A DNA stretch of 64,000 nucleotides from the IMG/VR virus record IMGVR_UViG_2833778570_000001, positions 1-64,000 of that record. One strand, written 5' to 3'. Position 1 is the first letter of the stretch. Every line of letters begins with the position of its first letter. The notes beneath the pieces are model-generated. The model did not search any database. It saw only the letters and a list, made by a program, of their open reading frames with translations, and was not told the DNA's origin. This stretch comes from a virus (lineage: Duplodnaviria; Caudoviricetes). A program made the position numbers and the translations under genes. Shown here piece after piece: positions 17,281 through 26,775 of the stretch.

Positions 17281-18219
17281 TTGAGCCCGCGCCTCCACTC
17301 TTCCCCGCCCCGCTTCGCCCTCCTTCTTCTCGTTGCCGTGGCAGCCCTGCGATGCGGCCCGTCCGAGGACCTGGACGAGGGTCCGCCCACGCGGCCTCCT
17401 GTCTCGCAGGACGGAGGCTCCTCGGACGGCGGAGCGAGCCAGGTGGACAGCGGCATGCCCATTCAGGACGGGGGTTCCACGCCTCGTGATAGCGGGAGCG
17501 ACCCTATCTGCACTCCTTCCTGCTCCAGCAGATCCTGCGGACCGGATGGCTGTGGCAGGACGTGCGGGACGTGCCGGAGCGGCACCACGTGCAGCGGCGG
17601 CAGCTGCGTCTGCGTCCCCCAGTGCAACGGCAAGACGTGCGGCTCGGATGGATGTGGCGGCACCTGCGGCACCTGCCCCGCCAACGCCACCTGCAGCGCC
17701 GCAGGCGACTCCTGCGCGTGCGCGCCGGGCTACGTGCCCAACCAAGCGCACAACGGCTGCGTCCGCGTCGGCGGGGCCTGCGAGGGCGTCAGCCAATACG
17801 GCTACTGCTCCGGCGACACCTGGGTGCGCTGCGACGCGCAGGAGGGCATCGTCACCATGGAGTGCGGCCCGGGCCGGTGCAAGCGGCTCGACTCCGCCGG
17901 CACCGGCGCCTGCACCTGCGGCAGCATCGACGCCAACGGCGTATGCGCTACAGCCTCCGGCGCAAGCGCCGCGACGCCCCGCGTCCACTTCACCTGCGCG
18001 ACGAGCGCGGGGGTGCTCCTCGCCAGCAACTGCACTGTGGAGACAGGCTCCTCCGCGGGCTTCTGCTCCACTTTCGTGACGGCGTACGGCAACCAGACGT
18101 CATGTTTCTGCGGAACTTGCTCTGTCCCTGGGCGCAACAACCAGTGCGGCTCGCTGTGTGGCAAACCGTCGGACTGCCGCTACTACTCTCAGGGCAACTT
18201 CCACACCTGCGGCTTCTGA
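17281..18219 (+). CDS. Cys-rich myxobacterial-type lipoprotein
   Basis: FALLLLVAVAALR/C signal, CGxDGCGxxCGTC repeats; TTG start approximate. Confidence 0.75.
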   Translation: MSPRLHSSPPRFALLLLVAVAALRCGPSEDLDEGPPTRPPVSQDGGSSDGGASQVDSGMPIQDGGSTPRDSGSDPICTPSCSSRSCGPDGCGRTCGTCRSGTTCSGGSCVCVPQCNGKTCGSDGCGGTCGTCPANATCSAAGDSCACAPGYVPNQAHNGCVRVGGACEGVSQYGYCSGDTWVRCDAQEGIVTMECGPGRCKRLDSAGTGACTCGSIDANGVCATASGASAATPRVHFTCATSAGVLLASNCTVETGSSAGFCSTFVTAYGNQTSCFCGTCSVPGRNNQCGSLCGKPSDCRYYSQGNFHTCGF

Positions 18220-18509
18220 CCTTCCATGAGTTCGGCGGCCTCCGTAACAGGCTCTTGGGGGAAGGCATCCCCCACGAGGATGCCGCCCTTGCCTGGCAGA
18301 CGTCTGATGCGAGCCGGGCGCCTGCCACGCCAAGCGCCCGGCCAATTTCAACGGTCTCGGATTTGGACCTATGAGTGACGGTCTTGTTGCCCCAACTGAC
18401 CTTCCCCAAGCACGGCATGGCTGCTCTTCATCAGGGGTAGGGCCGACTTCAACTCCTGAGTCCTGACGCGCGTCGCTCTGCATCAGCCTGTCGCAGGCGC
18501 CGACTCAAC

Positions 18510-20885
18510 CTAGTTGTTGAATCCAATGGCGCCGCGTGTCTGCACAGGTATCGTTTTCCAACTCCCGGCTGCTCCAGTGCCCAACTGCCCACTGTAGTTC
18601 GTTCCCCAGGCCCAGATGGTGCCGTCTGACTTCCGCGCGATGGAATGGTCGTTTCCGGCTGCGACGCCAACAACTCCGGTGAGTCCCTGCACTTGCACGG
18701 GGGTCAGGCGGTTCGTCGTTGTTCCATCACCAAGCTGGCCTCTATCGTTGTAGCCCCAGGCCCAAACGGTTCCGTCGGATTTGACCGCCAAGGAATGAGC
18801 TGTGCCAGCCGCTATGGCGACAACGTCGGTGAGTCCTGGAATCCGAACAGCATCGTGCGAATCCGTTGTCGTCCCTATGCCCAGTTGGCCGGACGAATTA
18901 GAGCCACAGGCAATAACTGTTCGGTCGGGCATTAATGCCAATGTGTGCAACGTGCCTGCCGAGATCGCCGTACTTGCCGTCAGCGCCCAAACCCTGACGG
19001 GCACGGCGCTATATTGTCCAATCATGTAGCTGCAAAGCTGACCATCTAGATTGTAGCCCCAGGCAAATACGGTCCCGTCGGTCTTTTGGGCAAAAGAAAA
19101 ATAGCCGCCGACGGTGATGGAGCGCACGCCCGTGAGTCCGGGAACCATCATGGGGGTGTAGCGACTTGCGGATGGCTCATCGCCCAGTTGGCCGAAGCCG
19201 TTGTCGCCCCATAGCCAGACCGTCCCGTCGTCTTTGAGCGCTGCCGTATGATCGCGCTGGGATGCGATGGCTATAATGTTTGTGAGGCCCTGGACTGGCT
19301 GTGCAGTGGTGTTTCCCGTCCCTCCGTTCCCCTGCTGACCGTAATAGTTCGGCCCCCAAGTCCATACCGTTCCGTCATTCTTCAATACAGCGTTGTGCCT
19401 TTCTCCTGCAGCTATGGCGACTGCGTTCGTCATCCCTGGCACCTGGGCTGGATAGGGCCGATCCTCCTCAGCCCCATCGCCTAGCTGGCTGTAGTAGTTG
19501 CCTCCCCAGGCCCACACAATCCCATCCGACATCAAGGCAAGCGAATGGTTGTAACCGCCCTGCAGATTCTGGACTGATGCGGTACTGCAGGCAATGCCGG
19601 CTTGAAGTGTGAAAGACTGCGTGGCGGAGAGCCCAAGGGCGTTGAGGGCAGTAACTGTTACCGTGGGCGGAATTCCGTCGGGCAAGCAGTCGTCGGCCGT
19701 CCAGATGACTTCGCTGGTGTTGGTCGTGCTCGTGGCCGCATGCAGGGTGCCTGAGTTGGCGGCCCACGTGAAAGACAACGGGCTGCCCTGAGGATCATTC
19801 GCGCGTACACGGAAGACGACGGTGCCGTCGATAGGAGGAACCGTGGTTCTTGACTGGAAGGCGTCCAGAAATGATGGACGAATGTAGCCGGTAGTGGGAG
19901 TGCCGGTGTGGATGGTCAACTTGCGAATCCCCTGGCCGCCGCGGCCGTCCCTTACGTCAATGACGAACGTGCAGGTGCTGCTGGTGAGCGGTGCTGAAGG
20001 GGTGAAACTCGGCCTGGAGGTCGTGGCGTGCGTCCAGGAGCCGGCGCAGTTGGACGACCACTCAATACTGAGAATGTCGCCATCACTGTCGTAGGGCCAG
20101 GTGAAAAACTCGATGGGCTGCCCGACTGCAATGGCTGTGGGGATGGCCGCAATGCCATCTACGATGGGCCAGTGGTTGACCGAGATGTTGACGGCTGCGC
20201 TGCCGTTCTCTGGGGCCACCATGACGGTGACGCTGATGCCGGACAGGGTGCCCTTGGAGTTCACTACCCAGAGTCTCAATTCAACCGGGCCTGAATACGC
20301 CGGTGCCGTCCAACTAGTCGTGAGGCTGAAAGGGTCACTGAAAGTGCCTGCGTCGGCACCCCATTCGTATGTGAGTGTATCGCCCGGATTGGTGGAGTCG
20401 GCGACAGCTTGTAGTTCTATTTGTCCTCCATGCGCCACGGTTCCGGCGCTGGCGACAAGGGAGAGGATACGGGGCGCGGTGTCCTCTGCGGGAAGTGGCG
20501 GATTCGCTTCCTGAAGCATGAGGGTAATGGCGGTCGTCTGGCCAGCCACGACTGCCACGTCCGTTGCTTGGCCCAGATAGAGCAGGGTATTGGAGTTGTC
20601 GAAGGCCATCGCGCTGAAGGTGCGTGAGTTGCCCGCAGGCAGATTTCCCAGTACCCCACCCCACTGGCCGCCCGTCTTCACCAGGGCATCGATGCGCGTC
20701 GTCATGCCCGGGCCAGATGTGATGAGATCCACCCGGGTGATGTCGCCGGCGCTCAGCGTCTGGGGCAGTGACACCACGGCTTGGGCGCTGCCCTCCTGCA
20801 CTGCCGGGGCAGTGCTGCACCCGGATAGGGCCAGCACCACGCCTATGGCCAGCAGTGCCAGCCTTCTTCGCTTCTCACTTTTCAT
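18510..20885 (-). CDS. Lipoprotein with Ig/PKD-like domains and an RCC1 beta-propeller (791 aa)
   Basis: LALSG/C lipobox; repeated WAWGxNxxGQLG; lower GC. Confidence 0.88.
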   Translation of the reverse strand: MKSEKRRRLALLAIGVVLALSGCSTAPAVQEGSAQAVVSLPQTLSAGDITRVDLITSGPGMTTRIDALVKTGGQWGGVLGNLPAGNSRTFSAMAFDNSNTLLYLGQATDVAVVAGQTTAITLMLQEANPPLPAEDTAPRILSLVASAGTVAHGGQIELQAVADSTNPGDTLTYEWGADAGTFSDPFSLTTSWTAPAYSGPVELRLWVVNSKGTLSGISVTVMVAPENGSAAVNISVNHWPIVDGIAAIPTAIAVGQPIEFFTWPYDSDGDILSIEWSSNCAGSWTHATTSRPSFTPSAPLTSSTCTFVIDVRDGRGGQGIRKLTIHTGTPTTGYIRPSFLDAFQSRTTVPPIDGTVVFRVRANDPQGSPLSFTWAANSGTLHAATSTTNTSEVIWTADDCLPDGIPPTVTVTALNALGLSATQSFTLQAGIACSTASVQNLQGGYNHSLALMSDGIVWAWGGNYYSQLGDGAEEDRPYPAQVPGMTNAVAIAAGERHNAVLKNDGTVWTWGPNYYGQQGNGGTGNTTAQPVQGLTNIIAIASQRDHTAALKDDGTVWLWGDNGFGQLGDEPSASRYTPMMVPGLTGVRSITVGGYFSFAQKTDGTVFAWGYNLDGQLCSYMIGQYSAVPVRVWALTASTAISAGTLHTLALMPDRTVIACGSNSSGQLGIGTTTDSHDAVRIPGLTDVVAIAAGTAHSLAVKSDGTVWAWGYNDRGQLGDGTTTNRLTPVQVQGLTGVVGVAAGNDHSIARKSDGTIWAWGTNYSGQLGTGAAGSWKTIPVQTRGAIGFNN

Positions 20886-21336
20886 GGACGACTCCAGCGC
20901 GTGGGACGGGGCCTTCCGCCAGCGAGCAGGCCCTTCCGGCCACGCCCCCGGTGGACCACCGGCGGAAGGTGAGCCGAACTCTATGGGGAGTCGCTTGCTC
21001 CACGCGCCTGGGTCACCCTCGCGTCGGGGGAAGTCGTTGGAGACTTCGTGCACGCCGCCCCTTCTTGTCGTCCAGGAGGGCAATTGTGCGGCGACAGCTG
21101 TCGCGCTCTCGCGCGGTTCGGGCATTCGTCGAGAGCCCACTGCACGTCGTCTGATCATGGCCTGAGACTTCCGGCCGGGCGCCGAAGACGTCCCGCTTCC
21201 AGAGCTGCGGATTGACGGCCCAGCCTCCGTGGACGGCCGTCCCGGACACCGGATGGGGCAGTGCCCCCGCTCCAGAGGGAATGACCAGGGCACACGCGCT
21301 GCACAGCTCCGGAGGGACACGCCGCACGGAGCCAGC

Positions 21337-22374
21337 ATGGACCCCATCTCACGCAGCCGCACCGCTCTCCTCCCCACCACCTACCGCGAGCCCGCTGAGC
21401 AGCCCCAGCGCTCCACGCCGAAGCCCAAGGTCCTGGAGAGGGCAATCAACACCATCGACGCCTTCACCCCGCACACGCCCACCCAGAAGGCGCTCGTCGA
21501 CCAGGCCCGCCGCGCGACGTCGCCCACGGCCATCACCATCCGCTCGCCGGCCGAGGGCCTGACGCAGGCGGAGAGCGAGCCGCGAGTCTCCGCTCAGGGA
21601 ATCTTCGGGGACATCGGCAAGGGGCTGTCGAAGCTCGGGGACCGAGTGCTGGACGGCGTGGCGGGCATTGGCAAGGGCATCTACGACAGCGTCAAGGGCA
21701 CCCTGAAGAACACCTGGGAGATGGCGGAGACGGCCGGCAAGGGCCTCGCCAACATCTTCACCGGCCGCTTCAAGGAGGGCTTTGCGCAGCTCGGCTTGAG
21801 CGTGCTGAAGGGCATCCAGACACCGACGGACGGGCTGCTGCGCCTCGGCGGGAGTGTTCTCAGCGCCATTCAGACGATGCTCTTCATCGAGCCCGCCAGC
21901 CGCAAGCTGACGGGCGACGAGCTGGCGGCGCTGCACAAGGTGTACGGGGACTCCATCGACTACACGCGCATCGAGATCAAGGAGGGCAACGCGGGCCTCC
22001 TCACCATCGGCGGGCGCCCTTTCACCCACGGCGACACCATCTACATCCCGAAGGACTCGCTCCCTCTGACGCCGGAGCTGCTCGTCCACGAGACGGCCCA
22101 CGTGTGGCAACACCAGAACGGGGGCAACGACTACATGAGCGAGGCGTTGGTGGCGCAGCTCTTCGGCGACGGCTACAACCTCGGGAAGGCCCTCCGGCAA
22201 GGCAAGTCGTGGGAGGAGATGAACCCGGAGCAGCAAGCGGAGTTCATCGAGTTGGCCTTCGGCCAGGGCTGCTTTGAAGAGCCGCCTGCGCCGTTCAAGA
22301 TCGACGGCAGGGACTACACCCAGCAGTTCGAGGCCGCGAAGGAGTCCCTCCGCGCCGGCCAGGGAGCACCGTGA
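21337..22374 (+). CDS. DUF4157 (eCIS-core-like) HExxH metallopeptidase-domain protein
   Basis: SRKLTGDE...VYGDSIDYTRIEI...FTHGDTIY...LLVHETAHVWQ...EQQAE. Confidence 0.8.
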   Translation: MDPISRSRTALLPTTYREPAEQPQRSTPKPKVLERAINTIDAFTPHTPTQKALVDQARRATSPTAITIRSPAEGLTQAESEPRVSAQGIFGDIGKGLSKLGDRVLDGVAGIGKGIYDSVKGTLKNTWEMAETAGKGLANIFTGRFKEGFAQLGLSVLKGIQTPTDGLLRLGGSVLSAIQTMLFIEPASRKLTGDELAALHKVYGDSIDYTRIEIKEGNAGLLTIGGRPFTHGDTIYIPKDSLPLTPELLVHETAHVWQHQNGGNDYMSEALVAQLFGDGYNLGKALRQGKSWEEMNPEQQAEFIELAFGQGCFEEPPAPFKIDGRDYTQQFEAAKESLRAGQGAP

Positions 22375-22787
22375 CCATGCGCCTCCATCGAATCCTGCCG
22401 CTCGCGCTCGTCCTCCTCCAGGTGGCCTTCCTCACCGCCTGCCAGCCGCCCCTGGAGGTTGCACTCGCATCGAGCAGCGAGCGCCTGCCGAGCCCCACGT
22501 TCCTGATTGAGGAGCCGTCCCAGGATGGCGGCCCTCCGCGGTACGACGTCATCCGCGTGGTGACCGAAGAGGGGAAGACGGTGTGGCACGTGCGCGCGCT
22601 CTCCTTCGGCGGGACGCGCGGACACCGCGTCGTCTACGGCGAGGTGCCGGACGGCTTCGAGACGGTGGAGCCCGTCCAGCCGCTGCAAGCGGGGCGGCTC
22701 TACAGCATCGGGGTCTCGGGTGAGGGCTCCGGTGCGTTGCGCTTCGTCACCGGGCAGGACGGCAGCGTCCGCCCCGAGAAGGAGTAG
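22371..22787 (+). CDS. Lipoprotein, putative immunity partner
   Basis: FLTA/C lipobox; GTGA coupling to the upstream gene. Confidence 0.75.
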   Translation: MTMRLHRILPLALVLLQVAFLTACQPPLEVALASSSERLPSPTFLIEEPSQDGGPPRYDVIRVVTEEGKTVWHVRALSFGGTRGHRVVYGEVPDGFETVEPVQPLQAGRLYSIGVSGEGSGALRFVTGQDGSVRPEKE

Positions 22788-22877
22788 CGCTCAGGTCGTC
22801 CCGCGCGCCCTACCCAACAGGGCGCTCCATCAGCCGCGACTTAACTAGCAGCTTTGACCGTGCTGTCATGGATTGCC

Positions 22878-23519
22878 ATGACAGCTGCTTTCACCTTCCG
22901 CTGCCTCGCGAGCGCTGCCGCGCTTCTCTCTCTCGTCGGGTGCGGCTCGGCCACCATCGGCGGGGGCGGCAGCCCGGCGCGCGCGAAGTGGGTCGGGTCC
23001 GTCGTCAGGACACCAGACGGCGGGCAGCTCCGCACGACCATCTACTACGGGCCCTGGCAGTGCAGCGCCGCGTTCCTGTCCCGGTGCGAGTCGAAGTGCT
23101 CGGCACAGGGGCTCCCCCTCATGGGCTGCATCTGGCTGGCCGACATCAAGGGCGACTGGCAGGGCCGCTACCTCTTCATGCCCGCAGAGGCCGGGGGCCG
23201 CCTCGCCATCACCCACTGCTGCTGCGACTACCCGGCCGTGCCTGACGGCGAGGCGCAGCGGAGAATTTGGGAGCGCGGTCGCACGGCCTTCCGGCGCGAC
23301 TGGAGCACCGAGTTCGGCGACTGGCCGAAGACGGGCAAGACGAGCTGGCCCGGCCACCACATCTACGACCTGCTGCACGGAGGCCCTCCGCTCGCTGCGG
23401 GCAACATCCTCCCTGTCCCGCCCGACGTACACCTCGACTTCAACAGCGCCTACCCCGCCTGCTACGCCCCCAGGGGAAAGTGGCTGGCACCAGGCCCTGA
23501 GCGGCCCTACGTGGACTGA
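22878..23519 (+). CDS. Lipoprotein with a C-terminal HNH-type nuclease, SitA-like toxin
   Basis: LSLVG/C lipobox; Cys-rich middle; GHHIYDLLHGG...N...H...N. Confidence 0.8.
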   Translation: MTAAFTFRCLASAAALLSLVGCGSATIGGGGSPARAKWVGSVVRTPDGGQLRTTIYYGPWQCSAAFLSRCESKCSAQGLPLMGCIWLADIKGDWQGRYLFMPAEAGGRLAITHCCCDYPAVPDGEAQRRIWERGRTAFRRDWSTEFGDWPKTGKTSWPGHHIYDLLHGGPPLAAGNILPVPPDVHLDFNSAYPACYAPRGKWLAPGPERPYVD

Positions 23520-23529
23520 GGGCGCCATC

Positions 23530-23988
23530 ATGACCATGGACAGCCTGCTGAAGGAGTTCTCACGCCTCCACTTCCCCCGCCCACCAGCCGCTCCTGCGGA
23601 CATTGCCGCCTTCGAGTCCCGCGTCGGATGGAAACTGGATACGAACCTGCGCGCCTTCTACCTGCATTCCGATGGCGGAACGCTCTTCGAGGAAGAGCCC
23701 GACGCGAGCTACCGCATCCTCTCGCTCGCGGAGATCCGCCGGGCACGTGTTGCCATCATGGGCCGGGACGCCGACGAGTACGGGGCGCCATCGCAGTACA
23801 CGCTGGTGGACATGCAGGACACCAACTACGTCATCCTGGATGTGGCCCAGCTGGCTGGAGGCGCGTACCCGCTCTTCGATGCGTGGCACGAGACCTATCC
23901 AGTAGCGAAGCGCATTGCTTCCTCGTTCGCGGAGTTCCTGGAGCGCGCGATGCGGAGCGACGGCTTCTCGTACTGGCTGGGCGAGTGA
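23530..23988 (+). CDS. SMI1/KNR4 (SUKH) immunity protein
   Basis: DIAAFESRVGWKLDTNLRAFYLHSDGG...ILSLAEI...IASSFAEFLE. Confidence 0.9.
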   Translation: MTMDSLLKEFSRLHFPRPPAAPADIAAFESRVGWKLDTNLRAFYLHSDGGTLFEEEPDASYRILSLAEIRRARVAIMGRDADEYGAPSQYTLVDMQDTNYVILDVAQLAGGAYPLFDAWHETYPVAKRIASSFAEFLERAMRSDGFSYWLGE

Positions 23989-24037
23989 GTACCGCCCGCG
24001 CGTGGCGCGCCTCCCCCAGGCGTGCGATGTCCGCGCC

Positions 24038-24379
24038 GTGCCCAGCCACGACAAGACGAAGACGCCCCCGGAGCGCCGTCGCGCGCCCGCCGGCACCACC
24101 GTGCGCATCGACGGGCTGCGCCTCTCCCGCGAGGCCTGGGCGAAGGTGGAGTCACTGACGGCCCAGCTGCGCCGCGCGGGCATCCCCCGTGCCCGGCCGT
24201 CCGGCGCGCTGGATCTGCTGGTCCTGCACCCGGAGGTGGCCGCGCGAGTGTTGGCCGGAGGCTGCCGCGTCTACCGCTGCGCCACCTGCGAGGCTTGGCT
24301 GGACGCAGCGGGCGCGCTGGCCCATCAGGACGCGCTACCAACGCACGAGGTGCAAGGCTTCAGCGTGCCGGTGGCGTGA
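24038..24379 (+). CDS. Small putative DNA-binding protein with a CxxC...H...H zinc motif
   Basis: Beta-helix-helix N-terminus, YRCATC...AH...HE; GTG start. Confidence 0.55.
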   Translation: MPSHDKTKTPPERRRAPAGTTVRIDGLRLSREAWAKVESLTAQLRRAGIPRARPSGALDLLVLHPEVAARVLAGGCRVYRCATCEAWLDAAGALAHQDALPTHEVQGFSVPVA

Positions 24380-24383
24380 AACA

Positions 24384-24419
24384 CAACGGCCCGCTCCGAT
24401 GCTCTGGAGCGGGCCGTTG
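24384..24419. terminator. Stem-loop between convergent cargo and late operons
   Basis: 14-bp perfect stem CAACGGCCCGCTCC/GGAGCGGGCCGTTG, T-rich tail on -. Confidence 0.8.
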
Positions 24420-24421
24420 CA

Positions 24422-24613
24422 CTACAGGCCGAACGTGTACCGGATGCCCATGCCCGCCATCCGCTCGCGGGTGGTGGACTCGGCGAAGGCGAAGACGCCC
24501 AGGTTCTGCCGGAGCCGCGCCCCACCCTCCAGGCGCGCGTACGCGCCCGTGAGGGAGGAGACGCCGGCCTGGGCCTCCAGGTAGCCGGTCCGCACCGGCA
24601 CGTCGCTCAGCAC
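24422..24613 (-). CDS. Small beta-strand protein at the end of the lysis module (start uncertain)
   Basis: GYLEAQAG...GIRYTFGL; frame conserved in the copy at 43.1 kb. Confidence 0.6.
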   Translation of the reverse strand: MLSDVPVRTGYLEAQAGVSSLTGAYARLEGGARLRQNLGVFAFAESTTRERMAGMGIRYTFGL

Positions 24614-24630
24614 CCGCGACAGCCCCGCGG

Positions 24631-25146
24631 CTACTGCTGCCCGCGGGGCATCGAAGGGACCGCGCCCTCCACGGCCGACTTCGCGGCGACGGCTCCGAGC
24701 GCGACGGAGAGGGCCTGCTCCTGCACCTTCTCCTCCGCCTTCTGCTCGCCGTGCAACGCGGAGAACTGGAGCTTCGCCAGCGCCTGCTCCGTGGGCTTGA
24801 GCGGACGCCAGCCGTTCGCCTTCATCCAGCTGTCGATGACCTCCAAGCCCTTGGCGGCTTTGTTCAGTGCGGTGTTCTCCGGGTCCTCGGCGGCGATGTC
24901 CTCGACGACGTGGAAGGCGTGGTAGGCGCCCAGGGCGATGCGCCGCTTGCGCCGCTCGGTGAGCCAGGTGCCGCCAGCGAAGAGACCGATGGCGCCCGTC
25001 ACCGCGCCGAGCACGATGCCGATACTGGTGGGCGTGAGCAGCGCGTCCAGGATGCTGGAGCTGGCGCCGGTGGACGCCTGGGCGAAGGCCACCGGCGCGG
25101 AGAGGACGACCGCGAGGCACGCGGCCAGGGTGAGACGCTTCTTCAT
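24631..25146 (-). CDS. Signal peptide plus TM protein, lysis accessory / holin-like
   Basis: MKKRLTLAACLAVVLSAPVAFA signal, second TM, helical tail. Confidence 0.65.
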   Translation of the reverse strand: MKKRLTLAACLAVVLSAPVAFAQASTGASSSILDALLTPTSIGIVLGAVTGAIGLFAGGTWLTERRKRRIALGAYHAFHVVEDIAAEDPENTALNKAAKGLEVIDSWMKANGWRPLKPTEQALAKLQFSALHGEQKAEEKVQEQALSVALGAVAAKSAVEGAVPSMPRGQQ

Positions 25147-25221
25147 TGTGTTGCTCCTTCTGGGGGTGTGGGGCTCCCGGGAGCGCCCCGGGCAGGCGCC
25201 GGCAGCTGCCGGACGAATGCG

Positions 25222-25545
25222 TCAGGTGGCCGCGGAGGACTCGACGTCCGCCTTCATTGCTTCCGCGCGCAGCGCCAGCGCTTCCGGCAGCCACAACTCG
25301 CCCTCGGCGCCGTACTTCCACACGCCACGCTCGTCGAGGGGCTCGCCCAGTTCCTCCGAGCAGATGCGCATGAAGTCGAAGGCCAGGTCGTAGTGGCTCG
25401 GGTGGACGAAGTGCCGGAGCGTGATGGAAGCGGTGTTCCTCCCGTTGTGCGGAGTACTCGCGGTTGCGATGTCTTTGCGGACGGCCGTGCGGAATTGATC
25501 CAGCAGCTGTTCGCGGTCGACGCTGAGCTTCTGGGTGGCAGGCAT
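25222..25545 (-). CDS. Hypothetical protein
   Basis: GGAG RBS, operonic. Confidence 0.65.
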   Translation of the reverse strand: MPATQKLSVDREQLLDQFRTAVRKDIATASTPHNGRNTASITLRHFVHPSHYDLAFDFMRICSEELGEPLDERGVWKYGAEGELWLPEALALRAEAMKADVESSAAT

Positions 25546-25610
25546 GCAGGTGCTCCTGGTGGCGCTACGGGTGGGATTGAGAGACGGTGGGCCGCTGCCG
25601 GCGGAAAGCG

Positions 25611-26087
25611 TCAGACGCGCGGCATCCAGTTCCACTTGCCGGGCACGGGCGCCTCGGTGGGGGCCTGGGACACGTTGGCCGCCGTGAACGGCAGGAAGCG
25701 GGGCGGCTTCACCAGGAGCTCCACGGTGCCGTCGTCGTTGACGGCGGTGATGTCCGCCGCGCACACCACCTCATCGCGCTGGTAGTGGACGGCCCGGCCC
25801 ACGCTGGGCTTCTGGCCCGGCGGCACCACCGGGGCGCCCTTCACGGACGCGACCGGCGTGTTGATGGCCTCGGCGACCGCGAGCCAGCCGGCGCGCACCA
25901 GCGTGGAGCACTTCTCGAACGGGGGCAGCTCGGCGCCCGTCACCGCGGAGCGTCCGCCGGTGACACCGCCGTAGCACTGGTACAGCACCAAGGCAGTGGC
26001 GAGCTTCCCGGGGTTCGCCTGGGCCAGGGCCTTCTCGGCGGCGGTGATGAGTTCGGCGGGCGGCGTGTACGGCGCGGACGTCGACAT
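25611..26087 (-). CDS. Hypothetical phage protein (KPSVGRAVHY...WNWMPRV type C-terminus)
   Basis: C-terminal domain resembles a small phage protein family often found near lysis genes. Confidence 0.7.
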   Translation of the reverse strand: MSTSAPYTPPAELITAAEKALAQANPGKLATALVLYQCYGGVTGGRSAVTGAELPPFEKCSTLVRAGWLAVAEAINTPVASVKGAPVVPPGQKPSVGRAVHYQRDEVVCAADITAVNDDGTVELLVKPPRFLPFTAANVSQAPTEAPVPGKWNWMPRV

Positions 26088-26133
26088 GCAGGTACTCCTG
26101 GTGGTGCTGCGGGTTGGACTGCGAGACAGAGAC

Positions 26134-26214
26134 TCAACGGCGCGGCAGCCAGCGCGGGTGGTCGCACTGGCCCAGGCGCCGGCCGCACAGGCGGCATCGA
26201 GGAGGTGAGCCCAT
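26134..26214 (-). CDS. 26-aa CxxC...CxH micro-protein
   Basis: ATG directly follows the endolysin TGA; MGSPPRCRLCGRRLGQCDHPRWLPRR; second copy at 12.9 kb keeps the motif. Confidence 0.5.
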   Translation of the reverse strand: MGSPPRCRLCGRRLGQCDHPRWLPRR

Positions 26215-26775
26215 TCAGCCCTCCAGCGGCGCTTCGGAGGGGGCCCACTGCGCGCGGCGCTGGAGGACGTCGGCGCCGTAGTCCTTGCCGGTGGTGAGGG
26301 CGTCCATCGCGGTGATGGCGTCACGCTCCGTGACATCGTCCGGCAGCGCGCGCAGCACGGCCTCCACCTTCTCCTGGCTGGCGTTGTAGCTGGCCACCGC
26401 GCCGGCGAGACGCACCCGGGCCGAGCGCGCGCTGTGCCGCTTGTCGAAGTCGCGGATGCGGTCGGCCAGCAACTCCGCGCCATAGAGGATGTTCGCGCCC
26501 GGGTCCTGCCACGCGGGGCGCCCGTCCGGCATGAGCCGCGCGAGGAAGGCCCGGTGGTACCGGCGGTCAATCTGCATCAGCCCGTGTCCGTTGCCCTTAT
26601 CGCCCAGGCCGGCGGGCCCGCGCGGCTTGAGCCACAGTCCACCCATGGACTCGCGTTCGCAGACGGCCGCCAGCAGGTACGGACACAGGCGCGTCACCGT
26701 GGACGCGGCGTGAAGCTCGCGGCTCCACTGCGCCAGGTGCTTCGGCAGGCGCTGCTCCAACTCAGCGAGGGTCAT
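26215..26775 (-). CDS. Endolysin, lytic transglycosylase / goose-lysozyme-like fold
   Basis: LLAAVCERES catalytic Glu, GHGLMQID, ASYNA. Confidence 0.85.
   Translation of the reverse strand: MTLAELEQRLPKHLAQWSRELHAASTVTRLCPYLLAAVCERESMGGLWLKPRGPAGLGDKGNGHGLMQIDRRYHRAFLARLMPDGRPAWQDPGANILYGAELLADRIRDFDKRHSARSARVRLAGAVASYNASQEKVEAVLRALPDDVTERDAITAMDALTTGKDYGADVLQRRAQWAPSEAPLEG

Noticed and set aside
17505-17700. TGCGG-rich periodicity as a DNA repeat element
   Set aside because: Explained by the encoded CGxDGCGxxCGTC protein repeats
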